A stretch of DNA of 64,000 bases from Eledone cirrhosa (lineage: Eukaryota): contig OZ024758.1 of NCBI GenBank assembly GCA_964016885.1, positions 8,990,001 to 9,054,000 of the forward strand, written 5' to 3'. A program made the translations under genes and the position numbers. Shown one piece after another: positions 12,723-25,167 of this stretch; positions within the stretch are counted from its first letter, which is position 1; each line of letters starts with the position of its first letter. The notes beneath the pieces were generated by a model that was not told the DNA's origin, did no database searches, and worked only from the letters and a program-made list of their open reading frames with translations.

Positions 12723-12957
12723 CTTTCAGTGATACATATTTCTAACTTCACAACACGAGAGTTATCGTTTGCTTTTCAATCTTCCAATAAAACAAGTACC
12801 AGTAATATATTCTGTCTCCTGGCTGTCCCTGGGTAAAAACAAAATAAGCTACTATTATAGAAATCCGTCTAACCCATGCTAGCATGGAAAATAGACGTTA
12901 AATGATGATGATGATGATGATGATGAATAAGAGAGAAATAAACGAAGTTGAGCATAC

Positions 12958-13123
12958 CAGTGACAGCATCACAGTCAAAGTGGGGTCAAGGTTGTAGCGA
13001 ACATTGATTAAGGGTTTGTTCCGACACCAAACATAGTTGTCAGCTATGATGTTGTTACGACCAACCATGCGAGCATGATATTCAACACCAGTTTCATTCA
13101 CTCCGTAACAGGCACTGGGTTTC
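12958..13123 (-). CDS. TMEM248: TMEM248 coding exon 5
   Basis: cccctcag acceptor; KPSACY...YVWCRNKPLINVRYNLDPTLTVMLSL (human FWCYKG...LNPKLTVIV); CTG|gtatgc donor. Confidence 0.93.
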
Positions 13124-14067
13124 CTGAGGGGAGAAGAAAAATAGAAAATGTCATTTAATGATAAAACAAAGCACAATACAAATATCTCATTACTGTAGTT
13201 CCTGAGATTATTTTTGCATGCAAGAGGTGGCTAAAACTGGTGATGAAAATAAGGCAGGGATGATGTTGATAGTGGTACCAAGAGTGGTTGTAGTGATGTA
13301 GAAGGTCATATGACTGTTGTAATGAAGATGGAAGTACTGTGATAAATGACAACAATGATGACTGATAATAATAGAAGAACTATAGACACAACATCAACTG
13401 AGTTCAATTTTGACAACCGACATCCAAACGTAACATTGTTTCCAAAGTGTATTGTTTACATATAGGGAGATTCAGTGATTACTTTGCATTTATTCTAGGT
13501 GTATCTACATTCAGATTTATGTATTTGACAGTCTTATTTGCTTGTTTATATTGATTCACATACAGTGCTTTATATCATCCTTCTCATCATCACCACCATT
13601 TTATGTCCATTTGCCACACTGGGCTGGACCTGAGGCCAGGCAGATCAGATGACCACATCTTGACAGATATATACACAAATAAATAGTAGGTGCAATACTC
13701 TACTATGGATATTCTTATGCTCCCACCCATACAGAACCGCCCACTCACACACGTGTACCTTACTGCTTTCATCACTGTCATTCACATACAGATATATTAC
13801 ATATATGCACTGTCCATGCTATAAATGTGGTTTGCATTAGCCATATAGAAACCAAGGCAGAAACTGTATGAGCAAGAAATTGTCAGCTAATCTGACTTGT
13901 TTCCCAATGTCAGGACAACTCGTCTAACCCATGCTAGCATGGAAAATTGACATTAAATGATGATAGTCATATACACAACACACAAACCTACATATCGTTA
14001 CCTTTAACAGCACCTAACACATCATTACCCTCAACACACAGTCTCTCAAACATTATCTTCAATATAT

Positions 14068-14268
14068 GGTGGTGGATTGGCAGTATCGGTAGAGGGTCGG
14101 ACACCATGCTTTGACGCATAGAGTTACGTCCCTTGCCGTTCTGAATTCAAATCCCGCCGGGGTTAACTTTGCCTTTCATCCTTACGGGGGGGGGGGGGGG
14201 GTGTAAAATAAAGTACCAGTAATGCACTGGGTAATTGCTGGCCTTGTGCCTAAAATAGAAACAATTAT
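14068..14268 (+). mobile_element. SINE family A with 15-bp target-site duplication
   Basis: full-length copy; ATTATCTTCAATATA at 14052-14066 and 14264-14278; internal poly-G expansion. Confidence 0.92.
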
Positions 14269-14348
14269 CTTCAATATACACATGTCTAGACACACACTCA
14301 TACATATGATACTAAAATGATAAACCATGAAGCAGTGTGAAGCCATAC

Positions 14349-14499
14349 CTAGTAAGTGGGAAGAAGTTGGGTGGTGCACTGAACGTCATACAGGTATATA
14401 TCTTAACACCGTTGCACACACCGTTATTATTGCAGCTGGTTGTGTTCCATTCAAAAGGTAATTCAAATGTTACAAGCATCTCCATATTGCCTGCATCAC
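14349..14499 (-). CDS. TMEM248: TMEM248 coding exon 4
   Basis: tttgtcag acceptor; DAGNMEMLVTFELPFEW...CNNNGVC...TCMTFSAPPNFFPLT; AG|gtatgg donor. Confidence 0.93.
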
Positions 14500-14944
14500 C
14501 TGACAAAACAAACAACAAAAAATAGAATTTCATCATTGGTATCTTGCATGTAGCTCTAAAAGATATAAAATAGTTCTAAAAATACATGTCTAAAAAAAGA
14601 GGAAGGGGTAGGGGTCTTTTTTGCCAATATTTTTCTGTAGCAATAATCTATTATCACAGTTCTAAGTGAATTTATAATACCCCTGGAAGTACAAATATCA
14701 CAAGACCTACTTCTTTATCATCTGAAATTAGAGTTTACTTCCCTTTACAGACTTACTAAAACAGGAAGTGAACAAAAAATGTATTGAATCTCTTGAAACA
14801 ATGCTTTTCTGTGGAAATAAATGTTAAAGTCAATAAAGTAATGAAGAGCCCAGTGATAATCCAAACTATGTCTCCTTTGTTAACACTTCAGTGGAATTAG
14901 TGCTACATGATAAACCATCAAATATACATCAATCTGCATGTTAA

Positions 14945-17432
14945 CATATACATCTATATAGTAAGTCTGTAGTTGTTTTAAATACTGGGTATGATATATC
15001 TATATAATAAGTCTGTAGTTGCTTTAAATACTGGGTATGATATATCTATATAGTAAGTCTGTAGTTGTTTTAAATACTGGGTATGATATATCTATATAGT
15101 AAGTCTGTAGTTGTTTTAAATACTGGGTATGATATATCTATATAGTAAGTCTGTAGTTGTTTTAAATACTGGGTATGATATATCTATATAGTAAGTCTGT
15201 AGTTGTTTTAAATACTGGGTATGATATATCTATATAGTAAGTCTGTAGTTGCTTTAAATACTGGGTATGATATATCTATATACTAAGTCTGTAGTTGCTT
15301 TAAATACTGGGTATGATATATCTATATAGTAAGTCTGTAGTTGCTTTAAATACTGGGTATGATATATCTATATAGTAAGTCTGTAGTTGCTTTAAATACT
15401 GGGTATGATATATCTATATAGTAAGTCTGTAGTTGCTTTAAATACTGGGTATGATATATCTATATAGTAAGTCTGTAGTTGTTTTAAATACTGGGTATGA
15501 TATATCTATATACTAAGTATGTAGTTGTTTTAAATACTGGGTATGATATATCTATATAGTAAGTCTGTAGTTGCTTTAAATACTGGGTATGATATATCTA
15601 TATAATAAGTCTGTAGTTGCTTTAAATACTGGGTATTATACATCTATATAGTAAGTCTGTAGTTGCTTTAAATACTGAGTATGATATATCTATATAGTAA
15701 GTCTGTAGTTGCTTTAAATACTGGGTATTATACATCTATATAGTAAGTCTGTAGTTGCTTTAAATACTGGGTATTATACATCTATATAGTAAGTCTGTAG
15801 TTGCTTTAAATACTGGGTATTATATATCTATATAATAAGTCTGTAGTTGCTTTAAATACTGGGTATGATATATCTATATAGTAAGTCTGTAGTTGTTTTA
15901 AATACTGGGTATGATATATCTATATACTAAGTCTGTAGTTGCTTTAAATACTGAGTATGATATATCTATATAGTAAGTCTGTAGTTGCTTTAAATACTGG
16001 GTATTATACATCTATATAATAAATCTGTAGTTGCTTTAAATACTGGGTATGATATATCTATATACTAAGTCTGTAGTTGCTTTAAATACTGGGTATGATA
16101 TATCTATATACTAAGTCTGTAGTTGTTTTAAATACTGGGTATGATATATCTATATAGTAAGTCTGTAGTTGTTTTAAATACTGGGTATGATATATCTATA
16201 TAGTAAGTCTGTAGTTGTTTTAAATACTGGGTATGATATATCTATATACTAAGTCTGTAGTTGTTTTAAATACTGGGTATGATATATCTATATAGTAAGT
16301 CTGTAGTTGTTTTAAATACTGGGTATGATATATCTATATAATAAGTCTGTAGTTGCTTTAAATACTGGGTATGATATATCTATATACTAAGTCTGTAGTT
16401 GCTTTAAATACTGGGTATGATATATCTATATACTAAGTCTGTAGTTGCTTTAAATACTGGGTATGATATATCTATATAGTAAGTCTGTAGTTGTTTTAAA
16501 TACTGGGTATATGTATTTATATAATAAGTCTGTAGTTGCTTTAAATACTGGGTATTATACATCTATATAGTAAGTCTGTAGTTGCTTTAAATACTGGGTA
16601 TGATATATCTATATAGTAAGTCTGTAGTTGTTTTAAATACTGGGTATGATATATCTATATAGTAAGTCTGTAGTTGCTTTAAATACTGGGTATGATATAT
16701 CTATATAGTAAGTCTGTAGTTGTTTTAAATACTGGGTATGATATATCTATATAGTAAGTCTGTAGTTGTTTTAAATACTGGGTATGATATATCTATATAG
16801 TAAGTCTGTAGTTGCTTTAAATACTGGGTATGATATATCTATATACTAAGTCTGTAGTTGTTTTAAATACTGGGTATTATACATCTATATAGTAAGTCTG
16901 TAGTTGCTTTAAATACTGGGTATGATATATCTATATAGTAAGTCTGTAGTTGCTTTAAATACTGGGTATGATATATCTATATAGTAAGTCTGTAGTTGCT
17001 TTAAATACTGGGTATGATATATCTATATAGTAAGTCTGTAGTTGTTTTAAATACTGGGTATGATATATCTATATAGTAAGTCTGTAGTTGCTTTAAATAC
17101 TGGGTATTATATATCTATATAGTAAGTCTGTAGTTGCTTTAAATACTGGGTATGATATATCTATATAGTAAGTCTGTAGTTGCTTTAAATACTGGGTATG
17201 ATATATCTATATAGTAAGTCTGTAGTTGCTTTAAATACTGGGTATGATATATCTATATACTAAGTCTGTAGTTGCTTTAAATGCTGGGTATGATATATCT
17301 ATATAGTAAGTCTGTAGTTGCTTTAAATACTGGGTATGATATATCTATATACTAAGTCTGTAGTTGCTTTAAATACTGGGTATGATATATCTATATACTA
17401 AGTCTGTAGTTGCTTTAAATACTGGGTATATG
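14945..17432. repeat. 46-bp minisatellite array, about 54 copies, in TMEM248 coding intron 3
   Basis: unit GTAAGTCTGTAGTTG(C/T)TTTAAATACTGGGTATGATATATCTATATA. Confidence 0.98.
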
Positions 17433-17829
17433 TATTTATGAATGATCATATTCTACTTCTTGATCACAAAATCTTTTTCTTGTTATTCTAAATCTGAAAG
17501 TAGTTGTCAATTCTTGACAAAGAATTCTTTTAATTCTTCCCAGACTAATTTCAGTTAAAACATGTAGATATGTTAAGTCTTTTACTACTATATCAAGCAT
17601 AAAGCTAATATATTTCTTCATTGTACTGTGTTGTTTGCTTTGTTATTTCTGTTTACTTTTTACACACACACATTTGACTAACCCATGCAAGCGTGGAAAA
17701 ATGGATGTAAAACAATGATGATGATATATATTTTATATATATATATACATATATTTAACATTCATTTTTCCATGCTAGCACAGAACTGTTTCTTGCCTGG
17801 TTTCTATGGCTGGATGCCCTTCCTAATGC

Positions 17830-18495
17830 TAACCACATTTAGAGTGTGGACTGCATGCTTTTTGTTGTGAGACCTACACAACCACTTTACAGTGAGTATT
17901 GGGTGTTTTTTGTTGTGAGACCTACATGACGACTTTACAGTGTGAACTGGGTGCTTTTTGTTGTGAGACCTACATGATCACTTTACAGTGTGGACTGGGT
18001 GTTTTTTGTCATGATACCTACACGATCACTTTACAGTGTGGACTGGGTGCTTTTTGTCATAACACCAATATGACCACTTTACAGTGTGGATTGGGCGCTT
18101 TTTGTCATAACACCAATATGACCACTTTACAGTGTGGACTGGGTGCTTTTTGTCATAACACCAATATGACCACTTTACAGTGTGGACTGGGTGCTTTTTG
18201 TCATAACACCAATATGACCACTTTACAGTGTGGACTGGGTGCTTTTTGTCATAACACCAATATGACCACTTTACAGTGTGGACTGGGTGCTTTTTGTCAT
18301 AACACCAATATGACCACTTTACAGTGTGGATTGGGCGCTTTTTGTCATAACACCAATATGACCACTTTACAGTGTGGACTGGGTGCTTTTTGTCATAACA
18401 CCAATATGACTACTTTACAGTGTAGATTGGGTGCTTTTTGTCATGACACCAATATGACCATTTTACAGTGTGGACTGGGTGCTTTTTGTCATGTC
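17830..18495. repeat. 48-bp minisatellite, about 14 copies
   Basis: unit ACCACTTTACAGTGTGGACTGGGTGCTTTTTGTCATAACACCAATATG. Confidence 0.97.
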
Positions 18496-18601
18496 AATAT
18501 CTGTCAAATTAGACTAATAATGTATAACATGATCAGTAATTTCTCTTAATATTTTTCTTGTTGTACAGATGATTTTTGAGAAAAGATAGAATCATACATA
18601 C

Positions 18602-18717
18602 CAGAGAGTCCAAGTTGATATCCAGGAAGTGTAGTTGTCAGATGTGTTAGATTGTGAGGAATGCTGAGAAACTCCAGTGTTGGAATTATTTCTACTAACA
18701 TCGACACTGTCACATTT
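18602..18717 (-). CDS. TMEM248: TMEM248 coding exon 3
   Basis: ctttcag acceptor; NVTVSMLVEIIPTLEFLSIPHNLTHLTTTLPGYQLGLS (human NVTHLYSTILGHQIGLSG); G|gtatgt donor. Confidence 0.93.
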
Positions 18718-18878
18718 CTGAAAGAGAAATCATAGAAGATGACTGCTAATGTTTTAATTGGTTCTGTGACAGAAATAACACTAGCTTTGGTTTTTATTTT
18801 ATATCAGTATAAACACAGGCATGCATGTGTGTATATGAAGGAGTGAGAGAGAGAGAGAGGCAATCCAACAATACTTAC

Positions 18879-19069
18879 ACATAATTCTCTGGAACAATTG
18901 CAGGTGCAGCAGATTCTGTGCTGTTTAGTTCTAGTGTGGCGAGATCTACCGTTGGTGTTGTTGGAACAGCAACTGTGGTCGACTGAGTTCCACTTGGAGA
19001 AGAATCACTCGAGTTATTCAACACACAAAATTCTACATGGGCTAAATTCTCTAAGAACATATTCCAATC
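18879..19069 (-). CDS. TMEM248: TMEM248 coding exon 2
   Basis: tttttccag acceptor; DWNMFLENLAHVEFCV (human DWNTFLLRFNDLDLCV) then a S/T-rich linker; GT|gtaagt donor. Confidence 0.93.
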
Positions 19070-19721
19070 CTGGAAAAAAGGGTGAAACTAGATATACATA
19101 AGAATGACATATTTATAATGTCTCAGCAAATGTTTTCAAACACGCACGTGCCAAGGACATGTAAAGTGGTTGGTGATAAGAAGGGCATCCTGCTGTAGAA
19201 AGCTTGCCAAACAAAGGGTTGGGAGGACCCTTAGTTGTGTCAAGGACATGACAACCTCTCCTGTGCACTCGATAGACGCAAGATCGTACATAAGTGAGAT
19301 GGAGATCCCTGGCCTACCTGGAAGATCAGGATCCCCGCTTTCTTATTGAATTCATTTATGTTAACCTGTCCAACTCTTGTTTGCAGGGAAAGCAGACATT
19401 AAAATCACGATGATGATGATGATGATAAGACAAGATATTTGAAGACATGCGAAAAGAGATGCTATAAAATAGCTTATAAAAAGCATTTACATTACTCTAT
19501 ATTTACTATTGTATGTTCATGGTAAAGGCTTTATCGCACATAATGTTGAATCTATAAGATTTTGATGTTATCTATTTCGAGAACAATACGTTAACATAAG
19601 TATGTGCAGCCAGTTACAGCCGGTTTGAACAGAAAGAGGTGAGAGAATTCTGGTCGGCTAAGGCCAGTTTAAATGCTAAAAAGTTAAGGATGGAAAAAGA
19701 AGTTGCCATTGTATATCTTAC

Positions 19722-19877
19722 CTCAGTTATATCAGGGTTGGTAATTTGTCTAACTTTAATGTAGTAAGCAAGGGTCAGCAAAACTACAGCAAATGAACCC
19801 AAACAAATCATAAATATGATAATTGGAGGACGGCTTGTGGCAAAGCCTTTCAGGTTCTCATAAATTGGAAAAGCCAT
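19722..19877 (-). CDS. TMEM248: TMEM248 coding exon 1 (exon begins at 19881 with 4 nt of UTR)
   Basis: MAFPIYENLKGFATSRPPIIIFMICLGSFAVVLLTLAYYIK...NPDITE matches recalled human ENLKVYISSRPPLVVFMIS; tttttcag acceptor, GAG|gtaaga donor; N-terminal TM helix. Confidence 0.95.
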
Positions 19878-19997
19878 TGAGCTGAAAAAGAAATAATAAT
19901 CATGGTGATAATAATAATAATGATAATTTATACTGCTACCTTAATAACAACAATAAAAAAAAAATGATTTCCTTATTAGCCACACAAGGCTTAACAA

Positions 19998-20183
19998 TAA
20001 TCGTTTCTACTTTAGGCACAAGGCCAGCAATTACCCAGTACATTACTGGTACTTTATTTTATCGACCCCGTAAGGATGAAAGGCAAAGTTAACCTTGACG
20101 GGATTTGAACTTAGACCATAAAGAGACGTAACTATGTTAGAAAGCATGGCGTCCAACCCTCTACCGATATTGCCAATCCACCG
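19998..20183 (-). mobile_element. SINE family A
   Basis: reverse complement of the 14068 copy; flanked by a GCTTAACAA direct repeat; a second tail fragment follows at about 20200-20250. Confidence 0.9.
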
Positions 20184-22063
20184 CTTAACAAGGTTTAACA
20201 ATAATAATTGTTTCTACTTTTGGCGCAAGGCCAGCAATTACCCAGTAATGATTTCTTTCATTAGCTGCAAGGTCTCAAGACATTGGGGTATATACAAAGG
20301 CAACAAACAATAGCAGAAAAGTGGTGGCAGTGGTGGTAGTAATAGCAGCAGGCGGAGGAGGTGGGGGAGAGGGGGTCAAAGATGCAAACTAAAGAGATGA
20401 AAATTAGAGTTACGTTTTGTAACTTAGTGAAAAATTGCTTATTAGTATTTACTGGCCATGATGATAGGAAAACATTGAGGATATGACAATTTACAGATGA
20501 GAGTTAAGAGAGAAATTAGAAGTAGACCTCAATGGCTTCTAACTGAGAGTGAGTGAAAAGGGAAATTCTAGAATTGGTTGTACAAAAGATAAAGAAGAGA
20601 CCCAACTGACAGTGGCATATGATCATATGTACTTAATATAAATTCTATTTAAATGATTGGCAGAATTGTTAGAATGTCAGACAAAATGCTTTGTGGTATT
20701 TGTTCTGGCTCTTTTATCTTCTGGGTCCAAATGTTGCCATGGTGAAATATTGCCTTTCACCCTCCTGGGGTCGTTTAAGATATTTATTTCCAAGTCAAAT
20801 ATTTTGTGAATAATATATGCTGTACTTATAATACTTTATGTCATCGATTTTGTTCCATAGTTTATCAGCCAATTGTTTTGTCTATTGTTTTCAGCATCAT
20901 CCCATAGTTGTTAGCATTAGAAATGCAACAGTTAGGTTTTGACTGTTGAAATTTACAAAGATATCTATATTAAAATTTAGCAAACTATTACTTGTTGTAT
21001 GTGAATGTGTATGCACACATACACACAACATGCGCATTGGTGCATTATTATATGTCTATATAGCACTCTGTATCTTTATTTTATATAGAAATGACTTCTA
21101 CAGGTCAAGAACCGTTTCATTTGTATGAAATCACGAGGAATGTCAAATATAGTTGGTCAGTCTGGTTATTTCCTTCAACTGTGATCTTTCAGGATTCATG
21201 CCCTTTTCACAATCCTTTGTTTATATTTATGTTTGTCTTTTTAGTTTTATTTTCAGCCATTGCCAATCAAATGTTGTTATGCTACATAAGAGAGACAACC
21301 TCCTAGCAGCAAGATTCTCACCAAAATTCAGTAAAACATTGGTGTAACTGTTTTCAATTCTATCAGTAGACAGGTTAAGGGTTAGTCTGCCTCTTGGCAG
21401 ACAGAATAGAGAAGACATTGCCCTGAACGATGGTGGGGAAGACATGCTGGAACAGGCACTCCACCTTGTGAAGCTCATACTTGCAGATAACTAACTCTAT
21501 TCCAATAGCAGTCTCCCTCACTTTCTCTGCTAAGAATAACTTCACCATCTATACATATTTTAATTATCTCTTAGTCTCTCTTCCTCTTCTATACTACCAA
21601 ATGTGATAGCTATTCAAACCAAGAAATGAATACATATACGGTATTATATACCCTATATGTATTCGTTTAAATGGATTATGGCTCAATTTTTGCTGATGTA
21701 AGAGAAAACCAAAAAGTGATTTTGAGTGTAATAATTTTATCTAATATTGTAAATTTCTAAATTTTAAATTATCAAATTTTCTGAGGTACCAAAGTGGTGG
21801 TGGGGGAAGTGTTAAAATAAAAGGGTTAAGAACCACTGACCTAAAGTAACCTTAATATATAAGTCAAAGAAGAAAAAAATGAAAGAAATTAATTTAGTGT
21901 TAAGATATTTTTTAATGCATTAAAAAGCTCATTAGAAATGAGGGGAAAACAACTTTGGTGAGAAATATTTTCATTTCTCCAGTAAAGAGACAACTATGAA
22001 GAGGTGATTATTATTATTATTCAGACTCTATCAGGAAAATATACCCTTCTGGTTAAGATTCTT

Positions 22064-22198
22064 TCATCACACCACCACCACAGCTTTGGTACTTCATCAC
22101 ACCACCATCACAACTTTGGTACTTCATCACACCACCACCACCACCACCACCACTGTGGTACTTCATCACACCACCACCACCACAACTTTGGTACTTCA
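22064..22198. repeat. Compound repeat TTTGGTACTTCATCA(CAC)n
   Basis: 4 units with variable CAC tract. Confidence 0.85.
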
Positions 22199-23659
22199 GA
22201 AAATTTGATATTTAAAAAATTTTTAATTTACAATATTAGGTAAAATTATAATCAAAATCACTGCTGAAGTTTAGATGTGTCTCTGACTGTCCCTTATGTC
22301 AGCAAAAATTGAGCCAGAATCCATTTAATGTTTTGCTGAAGTCATTGTTCCAAGAACATTAACTAAACAGATGTATAACCAGCTTTTTCTGGGTACATTT
22401 AACTGCATGACCGTTAAGCAAATGTCTTCTATCAAAGCCTGGGGTCAATTTAAGCTGTGTCAGTGAAACAGGGTACATAAAAACTTTATGGAAGTCAGTC
22501 AGATCAATTGTACTTATTCTAGGGTAGTAGGCTCTTCTGTTTAACACCAACACCTGGCTTTTTTTGGGTGCCTTTAGTGGAGTTCATTTTGTTGCAAGTA
22601 TTCCTTCAGTTTAAGGATAACTTCTTTTCACCAATCTTGTAGTCCCTGAAAATGTTCATAAGTGCTGCCCTTTCTGTCTAAGCTATAAAAAACATTTTCC
22701 TTCATTCAGTATCTTTCAGCATAGTTTCTCTTTCAGTTCTCTTGTCAACTCATCATCACTTTTCATCTTATCTGTTCATTGTTATAGCTTTTTTTTTTTC
22801 AGTTTAATCTTCCCAGTGTATTTATCTCATAAAATTATCATATCTATAAACTGCTTTTATGCAGTTTTTATACCAAGGTTTCCCAATCTGGGCAATATCA
22901 CCCACCGGTTGACAATGAAAAATTGAACAGAAAATGGTGGTTAATTAGAAATTTTGGTGGACGAAGAAGGTATTTCAACATATGTTACCCACCAAAAATA
23001 TTCCAAGGAGATATGCAAAGAATTTATATAAAAAAAAAACAAGAGGCTAAATGGGTATAATGAATCAGTAGTAAACTTTTACCAAAGAATGTTTTTGAAT
23101 ATTTACTATACAGGTGGGTATTGGAAAAAATTTCCATGTGAAAGTGGGCCATGACACAAAAAGAGGTTGGGGGCCTCTGCTTTACACAAACATGTCAACC
23201 CAAAGTGAACAACATACCCCACCATCACCACCACCACCAAACAGTGTGTAAAACTAATTAGAATATTTGATTGGCTGGCTCTGTTTATATATGGTATAAC
23301 AAAACCAGGACATTGTGTTGGTTTTATGGGCAGGAAAACATTCTACTTACATCAGCTTACTTAGGTGTTAAGAGTAATAGGAAAATAAACTTCTGGGAAG
23401 CTTATTTGTTTATTTGTAATAGACTTTCATATTATCTAAGAGGAAATATTCAACTTGATATTAACAGAAATTGGAATTAATGCTGGCCCTATCTAACTAA
23501 AACATTTGTCCAGAGATTTACTTTTTATCTTTGATCTATAAATCTATTCAAGTAGTTGACTGGGAATACTAAAAAACTAAAGATATACAAGAGATTGGCT
23601 GACTTTTTTCTATTATTTACTTTGAATAGTTACACTATTAATAAACTGCTATACTGATA

Positions 23660-23955
23660 TGTGAAGGTTAATGGCTTAATGGTTAGAGCATTGGGCTTAC
23701 AATTGTGAGGTTGTGAGTTCAATTCCTGAACTGGGCAGTGTATTGTGTCCTTGAGCAAGACACTTTATTTCCCATTACTCTAGTTTACTCAGCTGTAGAA
23801 ATAAGTTGTGATGTCACTGGTGCCAAGCTGTATCAGCCATTGCCTTTCCCTTGGACAACATTGGTGGTGTGGAGAGAGGAGACTGGTATGTATGGGTGAC
23901 TGCTGGTCTTCCACAAAACAATCTTGCCAGTCATTCGTGACCAAAAGGGGTCTTT
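23660..23955 (+). mobile_element. tRNA-derived SINE, family B
   Basis: TGGCTTAATGGTTAGAGC A box, GAGTTCAATTCC B box, GTGTCCTTGAGCAAGACACTTT core. Confidence 0.85.
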
Positions 23956-24021
23956 AACTGTTGATATACTTTCCCACATAAATGGGACAACATTAGCAAC
24001 ACAAAGCACACTAATATGATG

Positions 24022-24215
24022 GTTTCTGATTTAAGCACAAGGCCAACAATTTTGGGAGAGGGGAAAAATCAAATCAACCCTAGTGCATTACTGGTACTTT
24101 ATTTTATCGACCCTGTAAGGATGAAAGGCAAAGCTAACCTCAGCGGAATTTGAATTTTGTATGTAAAGGGCCATAACTATATGCTGCAAAGCATGTTGTC
24201 CGACACTCTACCAAT
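24022..24215 (-). mobile_element. SINE family A variant
   Basis: same core in reverse; shares its tail variant with 28122-28342 (+). Confidence 0.8.
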
Positions 24216-25113
24216 AAACATATACGACCAACTTCGTCAATCATCTCACCAGATTACACTCCCCATCATATATTGACAAACACCATTATTGGGGAAAACT
24301 ACATTCAACAACGTCCTGCTTTAAACATATTACTGCTAACAAAAGATGTAACAACAACATCAGAAACAACCCTTACATCTAAACCAAGACATCTATCACC
24401 AAACCAACTAAATCTCTTCTCCAGACATCACATTCTGCTACCACAACCACGTGGCAACCATTCTTCAGATCTTGTAGAAAAGAAAAATACTGAGTGAGGC
24501 TTGTCTGGCTTCTTCCTCTTTGCACAAGTTGCCATCAAGACCTCTGGTGTCCTCGGACCCTGTACAGCTGACCTCCTCCATAAAATCGGAATGACAGCAG
24601 CCAGTCTGAGGAAGGAACTCCATGACGTGAGCCCAACAAAAACCAAAGTGAAGTAACATCAAAAGGCACACCCTAAAAAATTGAAGAGAGGTTAATCCTT
24701 AATATCACTAATTCTTACTCTCCCTTCTCTAAATCCATAGACAAAGCAATGCCATCATTGTTTGTAATAACAATACATATAAAACCAAGAAAACACAGTC
24801 CATCCCTATCATGACCTCAATGATATATATATGCCTAGACAATGTGAGAGAACACTGTCCAATGTACAGAACCTCAGGTATATGCCACCTCATGTTCTCA
24901 GTAAATAGAGAAAGCATTACACTTAACCACCACAGAACTCAAATGTAACTCAGAAAATACATGATGGTTTCAACAACAAAAACTTTGCACACAGATCATT
25001 CTAATAATTATGGACATTAATTAGCTTCTGATTCTCCACTATTCATGCATAAAACAAAAGAGAAAGAAATACCTTAAGAAACAACACAAATGCTGACTAG
25101 AAAACTACCTTAC

Positions 25114-25167
25114 CTGTCTGGTTGCTATGTCTACATAGTGTACAAAACTTCCAGAACCTGTCATTTC
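25114..25167 (-). other. Candidate 54-nt 5' UTR exon of TMEM248
   Basis: tattttattcag acceptor and CAG|gtaagg donor on the gene strand; no homology support. Confidence 0.4.

Noticed and set aside
17899-18549. 216-aa Cys-rich repetitive ORF
   Set aside because: Translation of a SINE-derived 48-bp minisatellite, antisense within a TMEM248 intron
24428-24675. Exon-like higher-GC segment with short minus-strand ORFs
   Set aside because: Acceptor-like site but no convincing donor or recognisable protein
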